Positions 11,704 to 22,929 of a stretch of DNA of 64,000 bases are shown here, piece after piece; the first letter of the stretch is position 1, and the number at the start of each line of letters is the position of its first letter. The notes beneath the pieces were generated by a model. It did no database searches, had not been told where the DNA came from, and saw only the letters and a program-made list of their open reading frames with translations. Source of the DNA: Opitutales bacterium. GTDB lineage: Bacteria > Verrucomicrobiota > Verrucomicrobiia > Opitutales > UBA2987. Position numbers and translations under genes: made by a program. The DNA lies in assembly GCA_965226885.1 (NCBI GenBank), contig CBDDEL010000014.1:416001-480000 (forward strand), read 5' to 3'.

Positions 11704-11964
11704 CTACAAGTCAATCTGGTATTTCGTAAAGAGATCATGCATGGCCTCCTGGAGCAGCATTTCGACGGTGCGCCCTTCTCTGGCAGCCAGCATCTTGATG
11801 GTCTGACGGTAGGCCGGGTCAAAGAAGCCTTGGATCTGCTTCTTCCCTGTCCGGCTTTTGGACGTTCCGGCCCGGTGATGCTCTAGTACGTCAACGGGGT
11901 TATGGGTCTCCTCGGCCGCGGCCCCTAAGCTTTCAAGATTAAGCGCCGATCTTTTTGTTTTCAT
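11704..11964 (-). CDS. Ribbon-helix-helix partition/DNA-binding protein (ParG-like)
   Basis: 86 aa with KKQIQGFFDPAYRQTIKMLAAREGRTVEMLLQEAMHDLFTKY, overlapping the parA stop. Confidence 0.75.
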   Translation of the reverse strand: MKTKRSALNLESLGAAAEETHNPVDVLEHHRAGTSKSRTGKKQIQGFFDPAYRQTIKMLAAREGRTVEMLLQEAMHDLFTKYQIDL

Positions 11965-12598
11965 CGGTTTGCGTCCCTTCGTTGTGATGGCTTGATGGCA
12001 TGAATGCAAGATTGCATATTTTCTTGTAAAGGATTCTGACCTCCTGGGCGGCTTTGCCTTCGGGCTCGTATTCAAGGGCGGTCCGCCCGTCGATGAGCCC
12101 GTGATGATAGGCCACGCGGCGGCCCAGACCATGGGGAAGTACGTTGACGGCGAGCTTGCGCAGTGTCGTTCTGGCTTCTTCGTGAAGCTTTCCGAAGGGC
12201 TCGATCTGAGTCAAAACCGTGAAAATTTTCGCTTCGGGCTTCAGATTGGCTAGCTTGGTCAATCGAAGGGTGTTCTGAATGGCCCGGAGGTCCATGACCG
12301 AGGGCTTACAAGCAATCAGGATGATATCAGCCACCGCGGCGGCATTGATCGCCGGCTTATCCGATTGCGGAGCTGTATCAATGAACAGGAAATCCATACC
12401 CTGGAGCTCGGCTTCTGCGGTAAACTGGTCCAGAGCCGCTGAATGGGTCGGCTGGACGTGGGGCAGGGGCTCTTTACGCGCCTTGTGCCACATAGTGGCC
12501 GAAGCCTGCTCGTCAAGATCGGCGATCACGGCTGTCTTGCCGTCTTGCTGAGCGGCAACAGCCAAGTGCAAAGCCAGGGTGGTTTTCCCCGATCCGCC
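11939..12598 (-). pseudogene. parA: ParA-family partition ATPase, 5'-truncated by IS21
   Basis: GGSGKTTLALHLAVAA, ADLDEQAS and FIDTAP motifs. The deviant Walker A is cut just before GG by the IS21 end. Confidence 0.88.
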
Positions 12599-15117
12599 TG
12601 TAGACGCCGGGGAAAAACCGGTACGGTAAAGAGGGCGCTTTAAAACCGGTACGCTTATCCTAGAAAGGAGGAGTGTATCGAGATATGAAGCAATGGACAA
12701 GAGTGCGGCACAAAGTGCTGCGGGACAAGCAGAGCAAGCGCTCTGTAATGCGAGAAGAGGGACTGCACTGGGAGACCCTGGGAAAGATGCTGGCCTATTC
12801 CCAGCCGCCGGGAGACCGGCGCAAGAAGAGGCGAGAGCGCAAGATCGATCCGTATGTGGGCTGGATCGAGGAGGTGCTCAAAGCGGACCGGAACGTGCCC
12901 AAGAAGCAGCGCCATACGGCCAAACGGATCTACCAGCGTTTGGGTCGGGAGAAGGGCTACCAAGGGGGCTACACGGCGGTCAAGGAGGTGGTGGCCGAGC
13001 TGCGCGAGCGAGGCGGCGGGAAGTGTTCGTGCCGCTGGAGCACCGCCCCGGGGAGGGACAGGTGGACTTCGGTCATGCCCTGGTGAAGGAGGCGGGGCAA
13101 TTGCGTAGGCGGCCATTTTTTGCCATGAGCCTGCCCTACAGCGATGCCTTTTTCGTGCAGGTGTTCGAACGGGAGTGCACGGAGAGCTTCTGGGAGGGGC
13201 ACCTGCGAGCTTTTGAGTTTTTCGGGGCGGTGCCCCGGCGCATCAGCTATGACAACTCGAAGGTGGCGGTGGGTAAGATTATCGGTTCGCGTGAACGCAA
13301 GCTGACCGACGGGTTTCTGCAGCTACAGAGCCATTACCTGTTCGAGGAACACTTCTGTCTGCCCGCCCGGCCCAACGAGAAGGGCGTGGTCGAGGGGATC
13401 GTGCGTTATGCCCGGGCCAACTTCCTGGTACCGGTACCGCAGGTTCGGGACCTGGAGGAACTCAACGCAAAGCTGTTGGAGGCATGTGAGCGGGACATGG
13501 AGCGTAAATTACGCGGGAAAAGGGCGGTGAAAAAGGAACTGCTGGCCGAGGAGCGCGCCGTCATGCTGGCGTTGCCGCCCATACCCTTTGAAGCGAGCCG
13601 CAAACGCTCGACCTGCGTCAGCAGCCTCTCGCTGGTGCGCTTCGAGTGCAACGACTATTCGGTGCCGGTGCGCTGCGCCCACCATCCGGTGGTGGTGGAA
13701 GGGTCCTGTCGGCAGGTGATGATCTTCTGTGGGGGCCAAGAGGTGGCCCGGCACCGCCGCATTTGGGATAAAGAGCAAGTCTCTTTCGAGCCGGTGCACT
13801 ACCTGGCTTTGCTGGAGAAAAAACCGGGCGCTTTGGACTTCGCCCGCCCACTCTCGGGCTGGCAGTTGCCGCAGTGCCTGCAGGTCCTCAGACGCCGGCT
13901 CGAAAGCCAATGCGGGGGCGAAGGCACCCGGGAGTATATCCGGGTGCTGCGGCTGTTGGAGAAACACCCCATGGCGGCCTTGCAGCAGGCCGTCGTCTCG
14001 GCCCTGCGGGTGGGGGGACTGACTCGTGAGGCCATCGCCCAGTATCTCTATCCTCAGGAAGACTACGGGAGCAGAACCTTCCGGCTGGACGGCCATCCAC
14101 ACCTGCGTCACGTCCGTGTGGCCGCCCCTGACCTCGGTGCCTACAGCGAACTGCTCAAGATTCCAGGAGGGGCTTTATGAAGGAAGAAAAAAACCAGCTG
14201 CTGTTACACCATCACCTCAAGAAACTGAAGTTGCCCACCATCCTGCGCGAATGGCCGGCGGTGGCCGCGGCTTGTTCCCGGGACCGGCTCGATTACGCCG
14301 CCTTTTTGTTGCATCTGGTCGAACGGGAGCTCATTGAACGCGAACAGCGGGCCGCCCAGCGGCGGATCAAAAACGCCCGTTTCCCCGTGCTCAAGACCCT
14401 CGAGAGCTTCGCCTTTGAAGCGCAGCCCTCGATCAACGAAGCGCTCATCCGAGAGCTCATGCGCGGGGAGTATGTCGACCAGCGCGAAAACGTGCTGCTC
14501 CTCGGTAACGCCGGTACCGGTAAAACGCACCTGGCCACCGCCCTGGGCTTTGCCGCCTGTGCCCAGGGCCGGCGGATCCGTTTCTTCGGGGTCACCGCCC
14601 TGGTTACCCATATGCTCGAGCAACGCGACAACCACGACCTGCAGCGCTTCATGAAGCAACTCGAAAGGCTCGACCTACTCATCCTCGACGAACTCGGTTA
14701 CGTCCCTTTTTCCAAGACCGGTTCCGAACTGCTCTTCGACGTGGTCAGCCGCGCTTACGAGCGCACCAGTCTCATCGTCACCACCAACCTGCCCTTTGAG
14801 AACTGGATCGAAGTGCTCGGTTCCGAACGGCTCACCGGAGCTCTGCTGGACCGACTCACCCATCGGGTGCATATCCTCGAAGCCAACGGGCAAAGCTACC
14901 GCTTGCGCGATGCTCGACGCCGTCGCCGTGGCACAAAACAATAAACGCCTTGGGCCCGGCTCGTCGGCCTCCGGCCTCCTCACCGACCCCAAGCCAATCC
15001 CCAAAACCAACTCCCAAACCCTAAACCTTGACGTACCTGCAATTACTAACCTAAACCTTATTCCAAGCGTACCGGTTTTACCCCGACCCCCGTACCGGTT
15101 TCATCCCGGCGTTTACA
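12599..15117 (+). mobile_element. istA/istB: IS21-family element, copy 1 (istA 12673..14180 frameshifted near 13003; istB 14177..14944)
   Basis: TG...CA ends with repeated ACCGGTACG motifs. IstA has QVDFG, YDN and EKGVVE motifs; IstB has GNAGTGKTHLA and LLILDELGY. No target duplication. Confidence 0.95.
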
Positions 15118-15210
15118 CAGCAGAACCTCGAAAGTAATCATCTAGCACCTCCATATTGGTATGTCACCAGCGGCTGTGTACAGTTTTGGGTAAAACCCCT
15201 TATAATTCCC

Positions 15211-15300
15211 CAATTTTGGTCCTGAGCGAGGCGCCCTTGAAGGTGCCGGGACACATAAGTCCCTGCTCTTCAAGGGGAACGCTGCTCAGGACCAAAATTG
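15211..15300. repeat. Long nested palindrome (MITE-like)
   Basis: 17-bp perfect arms CAATTTTGGTCCTGAGC / GCTCAGGACCAAAATTG, with inner CCCTTGAAG/CTTCAAGGG and GGGAC/GTCCC pairs. Confidence 0.75.
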
Positions 15301-15420
15301 CCCCAGCCCTTCGGGTTGTGGCGGTTTGGGGCATCTGCGGCGTCCGATCGGCTCGGAGAACCCCATTTACGGGTTGATCCGAACCGATCCGCCTTGCTTA
15401 TGCCGCCAAAACGCTCACAA

Positions 15421-15458
15421 CAGAGGGCATTCACCCTTTTCGAACAGGCTCATGCTAG
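15421..15458. repeat. 38-bp repeat, probable IS terminal remnant (second copy at 19213..19250)
   Basis: CAGAGGGCRTTCACCCTTTTCGAACAGGCTCATGCTAG, with one mismatch between the copies. Confidence 0.7.
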
Positions 15459-15517
15459 ATCGTAGCGGAAAGCGGAAGCTTCTCGTATTCCAGGATGCCC
15501 GAAGTTTCACCGTGCCT

Positions 15518-16653
15518 TATACCAAATCTCATTAGGTATGATAATAAGTTATTTGGCAGAAGCGTTTGCTTGAATGTGCTGCCAGCCTCCGCCAACTAAA
15601 GAGAGGACTTTTTCAGTGTCCTCCCACCAGTCTTTGAGATGGGTTGCGACGACTTCTTCGAGTCGCTCAATGCTCGGCCACAGTTTGTTGGCCGTTTGAT
15701 CCTGTATCATATCCCAAAGTCTTTCAATCGGGTTGAGTTCAGGACTATACGGCGGCAAATTCACGATATGTATGCCCGGGGGGACGTTGGGGTGCTCCGA
15801 GTCGTGCGGATGGAAGCCTGCCCCGTCCCATACAACCACATGTTCCTCCTCAGGATATTGCTTTTTGATCTGTTGGAGGAAAGCCTCCGTCCACTGTAGA
15901 TTCGTGCTAGGGGTTTGGATGCATACCATCTCGCCGTTGACCACGTCGAGGGCTCCGTAACAGTAGCTCCACTGGTATCTTGTCTGATATTTTTTGTGCG
16001 GCCGAAGCCCTCTTTGCGTCCAGCACCGGCGGTACACCGGAAGCAAACCAAAACGGCTTTCATCGGCAAACCACACCCGAACCCGATTGCCTCGGGTGAG
16101 GGAAAGCTCCTGGAGGATCTTAGAAAAGTCTCGCTTGAACGCTTCCGCTTTTGCCGAGTCCCGTTTCTCATGCACGGGCCGAGGGACTCGAAGCACCCCG
16201 GCGCATTTTTTTAGCCATCGCCACACCGTCTTGTAGGCGAAGGAGCGCCCGAAATGTCGCTCCAGCTCTTGCCCCGCCTGAACGGCTGTGTTCCAGCGCG
16301 CGACCTTCAAACCATTGAGCAAGAAGGCCTCCACCTCTTTGTCGCAACGGCTTTTGATCCCGCCTTTGTAGGCGCGTGTAAGCACCGCCCCGAGCCCTGC
16401 AGCACGATATTTGTCAAACCAACGCTGGATCGTCGCTTTGCCTCGGCCCACGATGGCTCCAATTTCATCAATGCTGTGGTGCGGCTGGAAGCCCATTTTT
16501 AATGCCACCAAACGCTCTTTACGCCAGCCGACAGCCTCTTTGTTGAGCAATTTCTTGATACGTTCACGGTCTTCATCGGTTCCCATATATCTTCTCATTC
16601 CGCCTTTATAGCTGCTTTTTAATCTTTATCAATCCTTTTGCGATTTGGTATTA
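15518..16653 (-). mobile_element. IS630-family element (transposase 15549..16598, intact)
   Basis: WFADESRFG, VVWDGAGFH and LPPYSPELNPIERLW motifs. IR ATACCAAATC at both ends, next to TA dinucleotides. Confidence 0.92.
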
Positions 16654-16749
16654 GTACCTGCCGTAGGGCAGATTATCCGGCTGCGCGTCCGGGGCCGCAC
16701 TCGCCTGAAACTTCAATCCTTCCATCAACTTCGGCTGGTGGGCCGCTCT

Positions 16750-19051
16750 TTATTGCCCTACGCCGCTCGATTGACCACCGGTGAGGAAATAGCTATCCAC
16801 ATCGCTCGCGAATGTGTCCGTGGCGGCATCGAGCCTACCGTCACCGAGGTCCGGTCGAAGGGAGGAGTCGCTGATTGATCGCTGACCGGATGAAGCGGTA
16901 AAACTGAAAGGATAGACGCCATCATCCGTGTCGACCCGAAGTGACCCTACCGCTTCACGCAAGTCTCCTCCGGTAACGGAAATCTCCTGAATGGTCGATG
17001 ATGGATCTATTATGATTCTCGGGGCAGCCCGCCCGACAGGAGTGAGGTCACCAATAAGCAGAAAATTCGCAACGATGACGTCGGGTGCATTTATGCCGAT
17101 GAATTGCAACACCCCCGGCAATCCCACGAAATTTGCATTGGCTGCGTTTATGCCGCCGATCATCGTTACTTGCCCATCGGCCGATTCCACCGAGATTGAT
17201 TTAATGTCGGCAATTCCATCGACATTACCCGAAAAAGTGCTGCCACTGATTATGGCCGTGTCGACGCGATCGGGATCATTGCCTAAAGTAAACACCGATA
17301 AATAGGTTCCCGCTGTGGAATTTGCGATGGTTATCGTCGCCAGACCCTGCACATAGGTCTTCCCGGTTTGGTTGTTATAAGGAGATGGTACACTCGCGGC
17401 GAAGTCCTGTAGGCTGATCGTTAGGGTCGTATTCGGATCGTCGCTCCCGAATTCCACGAATACGAGATCACTGTCCAGATCGAGGAAAGCGACTCGAGTA
17501 ATCTCGCCGGGAAAGGATGAGAACGTCGCTTCCGCCCCGTTTAATTCGAATCCGTCATAGATATTTGAATCCGTCATAGATATTTCCTTGAAACGAAGTG
17601 CCGTCGTTTACAAACAGGGCGGAGCCCTCCAGGAGCAGACTCGACGAAAGGGAAATGCGGGCCACCTGATATCCACCGGCTGTAAAGTCGGCATTCGGAA
17701 AAGCCGTTAATATCGCACCACCCGACGCGAACCCACTATGGAATTGCACCGTTCCATTTTCGTCTGGGCCCGTATTCGGCGCCGCCTGCTCGAGAAACGC
17801 CACGTTTGCCGGCACCTCGTCGTTCACTTCCGTACCGGCATCCCAAACCTGTGTTCCGAGGATTATGATCTCCGTCATGACGAAATTCCCTGATTCGTCA
17901 AAAACCTCATAGGCCATGGGATCCCCGTTACCTATGAACGCATCGTTACTCGGAATAATCATAGACGCGAAACTGAAATAGCGATTAAGCGGTGAACTGC
18001 TATCCAGGCTGAACTTGAACGCACTGGTGTTACCGGGAAAGAACACAGGGGGCGGACCCGGACCAGTGATGGTGGCGTCTTCAAAGCCCAACGCAGCGTT
18101 GGAAAATTCGGCCGAAAGCAAAGCGGTGGCGCCGTCCTCAGCTGTTGATTCCAGACCGGGAGAGGCTGCGGCACCCTCATCGAAGAGATTGAAGCTGCCA
18201 TCATGAAATCCCACCCAGAACGGCGCAAGATGAGTCCCTTCCGCCGGTGCCAGATTACTAATTGTCACAAGAACTTCGACGGGAGTGGCAGGTTTTTCGG
18301 TGATTGTTATTCGGACTATCTCGTAATCTTCCATCGTAAAGTCGGCATTCGGAAAAGCACCTAAGATCGCCCCTTCCTCGCTGAACCCCTCATGGAACTG
18401 GACGTTTCCGTCTTCACTCTCACCGGTGTTCGGCGCCGCCTGCTCGAGAAATGCCACGTTTGCAGGCACCTCGTCATTGACCTCGCTGCCGGCATCCCAA
18501 ACCTGACTGCCCATTATGAGAATTTCCGTTTCGATGAAGTTTCCCTCCTCGTCGAATATCTCAAAGACGAGGGGATCATCATTGGCGACAAAGGCATCGT
18601 TACTCGGAATTATCATGGAAGCGAAACTGAGGTAACGGCTCAGCGGCGAACCCGCGTCCAGGGTGAAGACAGTCGAATTCGAGTTACCCGGGAAAAAGAC
18701 GGGAGGAGATCCCGGGCCGGTGATCGTCGCATCGCGCACGCCGCCTGCGCTCATTCCAAAATCGGCACTTACCGAACTCGTGTCTCCGTCCTCGGCGAGC
18801 GATTCGAGGGCTTCCGAAACGGTTTCTCCTTCATCAAACAGATCGAAACTCCCGTCGTGAAACCCGATCCATACCGGTGTCAAGTGCGTGCCTGCCTCGG
18901 GAGCAAGGTTTTCGATCGTCACCTTGATCGTTGTAGCATTCAAGCTGGAATTGAGCAACAGGCCAAACGCCATTATACCAACCGGCCATCGCTTCCGAGG
19001 GCAGATTTTACAGCAGAGGGAGAAAAGGATGTTTTCGATTCGAATCTTCAT
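16750..19051 (-). pseudogene. Secreted protein with two spondin_N-like domains and a C-terminal domain, split by a 19-bp duplication
   Basis: Two repeats of VTIxNLAP..GTHLxPxWxGFHDGSF...SMIIPSNDAF...WDAGxEVNDE. GAATCCGTCATAGATATTT is duplicated at 17548-17585, shifting NIYDGF|ELNGAE into a second ORF (16750..17577). Confidence 0.85.
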
Positions 19052-19250
19052 TGAGCGATTTTCTTTTTATTCAAAGCGTTAACCCGACTTTCGCACTTTG
19101 TGAGTTGAGTCCTTGATAATCAACACCCGTTTTTCAAAGGCACTACAAAGTCGTTTCGACTTTTCTTTTTACCATACTCTTTTTTACGGGCAATTTCTTC
19201 CATTGGCTCCAGCAGAGGGCGTTCACCCTTTTCGAACAGGCTCATGCTAG

Positions 19251-19455
19251 GACGAGACAGTGTCTCAAAGTCGTTGACAGGTTCCGCTTTGGACGTAGGT
19301 TTCGTGTCGTTCCACATCCAGTCCACCTCGTTCGTGTCGTTCCACATCCAGTCCACCTCGTTTTGGTAACCAAAACTTTGAACCGGGACCAGCAGAACCG
19401 TCAGGGTCAGGAGAATACACAGTGAGGAAGCGAAGCGTTTGATCGTCGATGCCAT
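19251..19455 (-). pseudogene. N-terminal fragment of a secreted protein
   Basis: Signal-peptide-like MASTIKRFASSLCILLTLTVLLVPVQSFG and a 30-bp tandem duplication (NEVDWMWNDT x2, 19301-19360). The frame runs into the 38-bp IS-end-like repeat. Confidence 0.45.
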
Positions 19456-19547
19456 CTCCCGACGAAACCTAGGAAAAATGTTCGGAGGTGTCAAGGCCCC
19501 ACATTTGGCATATCCGTTACGGTTACAAGCGCAGCCAAGCGTCAGGG

Positions 19548-20498
19548 TCAAAAGGAGTACTTCAGCACGAAGCTGAGCGCCCAGTATTGGATGTCGCTGA
19601 ACGTCAGCGTGCTGTCGAATGGAGTTTCCCCGTCAGCCCGGACCGGTCTGTGACTTCTGATGAGGTCCCACACGGTGTCGCCTTCAAGATCCTGGAAAGA
19701 AGCCCAGCGTGCTTTCATGCCGATTGATACCTTTTCCGTCAGCGCGTAATCGAGGCCACCCAGGAATTGGAAGCCGAAGAGCGTGTCGGTGAACTCAGTA
19801 TTCAGAAGGCTTAGCGTACCGGCGGCAGCCGGTGGTTTACCAGCCGGGTAGCCTTGAGCGATCGTCTTACGCAAAAAGCGGGCCTCGTAGTCCAGACTGG
19901 TGCGGGCCCAACCGACGCCCGCGCCCACATAAGGAGTCCAGCGCGAGTCGTTCAGAAAGTCGTAGTAGGCGTTCACGGAGAATTGATGAGCACTGAAGTC
20001 CGATATCCGTTCCGAGGGCGGGTCGAGCGTGCTCACCTCGTCATTCTTGTCTACCAGCGGAACGTTCTCACCATGGACCCTCCAAAGCGCGGAATCGCCT
20101 CCGTGAGACCGGTTCAAATATTCGAATTCAACGCGAAACCTGTCCAGCGCATACCCTACGCTGACGCCGCCCAAGAACCCGGCGCCCAGGTCAAATGAGT
20201 TGGTGGTGGTCGGTTGAGCCGTATTATTTGTGCAGTCCGGGTCGCTGAGTGGAACCACGTTGTGGTCTGGTCTGTCTTTAAGAAGCTGGTCGCATCTCGT
20301 CGGATGATTGACTGCGGTCAGCACGGACCCCATGTCTTCGGCATTTGCAAACCCCAACTCGATGCCGGCGTAGAATCCCTGCCGACTTGTTTTGGCGTTT
20401 GCCACGCCTGCCGAAGCGAGTATGCACAAACCCAGCACGAAGGCAAGACGTCTGGATGGGTTAAGGAGCATCATTTTCGTCATAGTCGCCTCTTCCAC
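19548..20498 (-). CDS. Outer-membrane beta-barrel protein (opacity/Msp2-like), paralog A
   Basis: Signal peptide, GFYAGIELG, RFRVEFEY, NAYYDF, PYVGAGVG and C-terminal LKYSF. Confidence 0.85.
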   Translation of the reverse strand: MEEATMTKMMLLNPSRRLAFVLGLCILASAGVANAKTSRQGFYAGIELGFANAEDMGSVLTAVNHPTRCDQLLKDRPDHNVVPLSDPDCTNNTAQPTTTNSFDLGAGFLGGVSVGYALDRFRVEFEYLNRSHGGDSALWRVHGENVPLVDKNDEVSTLDPPSERISDFSAHQFSVNAYYDFLNDSRWTPYVGAGVGWARTSLDYEARFLRKTIAQGYPAGKPPAAAGTLSLLNTEFTDTLFGFQFLGGLDYALTEKVSIGMKARWASFQDLEGDTVWDLIRSHRPVRADGETPFDSTLTFSDIQYWALSFVLKYSF

Positions 20499-20551
20499 GG
20501 GGGGCTTTTGTAAGAACCTGTTATAAAACAGGTTATGCCAACAACAAGGTT

Positions 20552-21187
20552 ATGCCAACAAAAGCAGAAAGTCCACCGGTAAAAAATCGTGATGCAAAGG
20601 AACTCGAATTTCAAGGCTTAAACGGAAAAAAGGTTTCGATTGTTTTCGATGAACCGGAATTAACTTCGGATGCGGGGCTCCTGGCGATCGGGGAATTTGA
20701 AAAATCGCTTGGATGGATTGAGAAACTGGCCGGATGCATCAGCGACGGACGGGTTGATCCGACGCATGGTATGAAAGAATTGCTGACCCAACGGATCTAT
20801 CAGATCATGGGCGGCTATCCGGATGCGAATGACTGCGACCGGATGCGTAGTGATGGGACCCTGCAGACGATCAGCGGGGTGGAGCAGCCACTGGCGAGCC
20901 AGCCGACGATGTCGCGGCTGGAAAACACGGTGAAGGCCATAGATCTAAACCCGGGTTCCGTACGAGCTTTGACTGGTGCTGCAATTGCATTTTTAGAGAG
21001 TGGCAACCCGGAGGGTGCATTGTCGCCGTTAAATCAAAGCACTACTTTTCAACCAGAAATTTCGGTGATTTACTATCTGAGAGCAGCGGTGAATTCGGAA
21101 CTAGGCGAACAATGGCGGTTTAAAGGCTCTTTTTGCGGAGGGCCGGCAACCCGGGCCACAGATCTCACTAGAAGTGGTATTTTATGA
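20552..21187 (+). pseudogene. Chimera: N-terminus of a second, divergent IS1380 transposase fused to a TPR-like fragment
   Basis: LTSDAGLL, QRIYQIMGGYPDANDCDRMRSD and LASQPTMSRLEN, then an abrupt switch to AIDLNPG...IYYLRAAVNSELG. Confidence 0.75.
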
Positions 21188-22190
21188 TTGCGCTGAACCC
21201 GAACATTTCGGTGTCCCCTGTCTTGATTGCACCCGATACGGGTTCGCTTAAGTCTTCGCGCAGATTGGGTTGGTGACTGCGCAGCGGATCCCAGACGACG
21301 CCACCACCGCTGAAGGACTCGAAGTTAACCCAGCGGCCCTTGACCCCCAGAGTGATCGATTCGGTGAGTGCATAGTCCAATCCGAACAGTAACTGGTAGC
21401 CGAACAGCTTGTCGGAAAGCTTGTTTCGCGCACTGCTGGTGCTTCCGGCAAGATTCCTTCGGATCTCGTCCACGTTGGGCAAACCGGCTCCCGTTGTAAT
21501 CGCGTTGGGGTCGGGATTCCGCGCCCACACACCGCCGTAGTCCATATCGGTAAACCCCACGCCAACGCCAATCCCCACGTAGGGCGTGAACTGGCTGCTG
21601 TTCGGAAAGTCGAAGTATAGGTTACCAAACAGATTGTGCGAGGTGAGGCTGCCTATGCTGTCCGTGGCCGTTAAAATTTCCTGGACCAACTTGTCGCCGC
21701 TGGCCCCGGAGGCGTCAAGAAGGGAGGAGGTCTGGTCGTATTCGGTGGCGCGGTAGAAGTATTCCAGTTCGGCGCGAAACCGGATCCACGCACTGTCCTG
21801 ATATTTATCCCATAGTCTATAGCCAAGCGCCACTCCGGCCAGGATACCCTTGGAACCGTCAATCTTGTTCATCCAGTTGTCACCCTGACCCCGATTCGCA
21901 CCCGTGCAGTTGTAGTTCTCATACCCCTCAGTTTGCGTGACCGTCGCGAATAACGGGTTGATGAATTCATCACACACACTGGCCCGGTCGTTGCTCGTGC
22001 CGGTTATATCCAGGTTCGGGGTGAAGTTGACTCCAAACTCGCTGCTCACATAGAGTCCCGAGCCGGCCTGTGCCAGGTGTGGTGTAAGCATCCACATGGC
22101 TACGACAGAAAGCATGCGTGAAAGAACGAAACTCACTGAATCTTCGACTGTGGGTGGTATTCTCGATCTGTTCACGGTTAGACTGCGCAT
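21168..22190 (-). CDS. Outer-membrane beta-barrel protein (opacity/Msp2-like), paralog B
   Basis: GLYVSSEFG, RFRAELEYFYR, NLYFDF, PYVGIGVG and C-terminal IKYHF. Confidence 0.85.
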   Translation of the reverse strand: MRSLTVNRSRIPPTVEDSVSFVLSRMLSVVAMWMLTPHLAQAGSGLYVSSEFGVNFTPNLDITGTSNDRASVCDEFINPLFATVTQTEGYENYNCTGANRGQGDNWMNKIDGSKGILAGVALGYRLWDKYQDSAWIRFRAELEYFYRATEYDQTSSLLDASGASGDKLVQEILTATDSIGSLTSHNLFGNLYFDFPNSSQFTPYVGIGVGVGFTDMDYGGVWARNPDPNAITTGAGLPNVDEIRRNLAGSTSSARNKLSDKLFGYQLLFGLDYALTESITLGVKGRWVNFESFSGGGVVWDPLRSHQPNLREDLSEPVSGAIKTGDTEMFGFSAIIKYHF

Positions 22191-22417
22191 GGATTCTTCC
22201 TTACGGGTTTAAGGAGGCGGTGAAAAATGTGGACTATACCAATTCTTAATGTCGGTGAAAAACTCGGGTAAGCAACACGATTTTCAGAACATTTTCAAGC
22301 CTCGTCTGCAGAATCTGTGGGTCGACTTTCGACATTATCGACTTGATCGAATCGAACCGCTCAAAGCCCAAGAAGCGCGGACCCTACAAAAAACGGATTT
22401 CAAACTGAGGCACTACC

Positions 22418-22530
22418 CATATTTCCTGTAAAAGTGAAAAAGGTGTAACCTCCTGAGAAAGAATAACGGGGTCAAAGAGGACCCCAAAAACAGGAGACTA
22501 TACCTTTTTCACTTTTACAGGAAGGATATG
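22418..22530. repeat. Long nested palindrome (MITE-like), CAT...ATG ends
   Basis: 22-bp perfect arms TTCCTGTAAAAGTGAAAAAGGT (22423-22444 / 22502-22523), with inner CTCCTG/CAGGAG and GGGGTC/GACCCC pairs. Confidence 0.75.
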
Positions 22531-22929
22531 ACATCACCACGGCGTGTCAGAACCGATTCAGAACGTCTCCCGTATTCTTTTCGAGAACTGCTTTCTCCGG
22601 ATTTTTAAAGCGGCGCTTGTTATCGCCCTTCAGAATCGCCCCCACAACCTGTATCGTAAAATCTGGGTTATTGGCGTCTTCAGCTTCACCGTTCACCGTA
22701 GTGCGATTCCCTAAGGAATAGGAGTCGGCACGGAAAGCCGAGGTCATTTGGGTGACCATAATTTCTGCCGATCCACGGCTTCCTCTTCGTCTCATCCCGT
22801 TTCCATGGTTATGTCCTTGACCGGCTTCCACCGGGCAGTCCGGTCTGAAAGTCTATTTCATGTCGGGTCTTGTCGCCATGGCCAACATCCGTTCGCAGAC
22901 CCGTAAGGACTGACCTATAAGACAATCGC

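Noticed and set aside
11939..12700. MSIASYLDTLLLSR N-terminus shared by ParA and the MCP ORF as a common leader
   Set aside because: It is the outward reading of the IS21 left end in both cases.
19301..19360. 30-bp repeat (and other short repeats) as a CRISPR array
   Set aside because: There are only two adjacent units, no spacers and no cas genes in the window.
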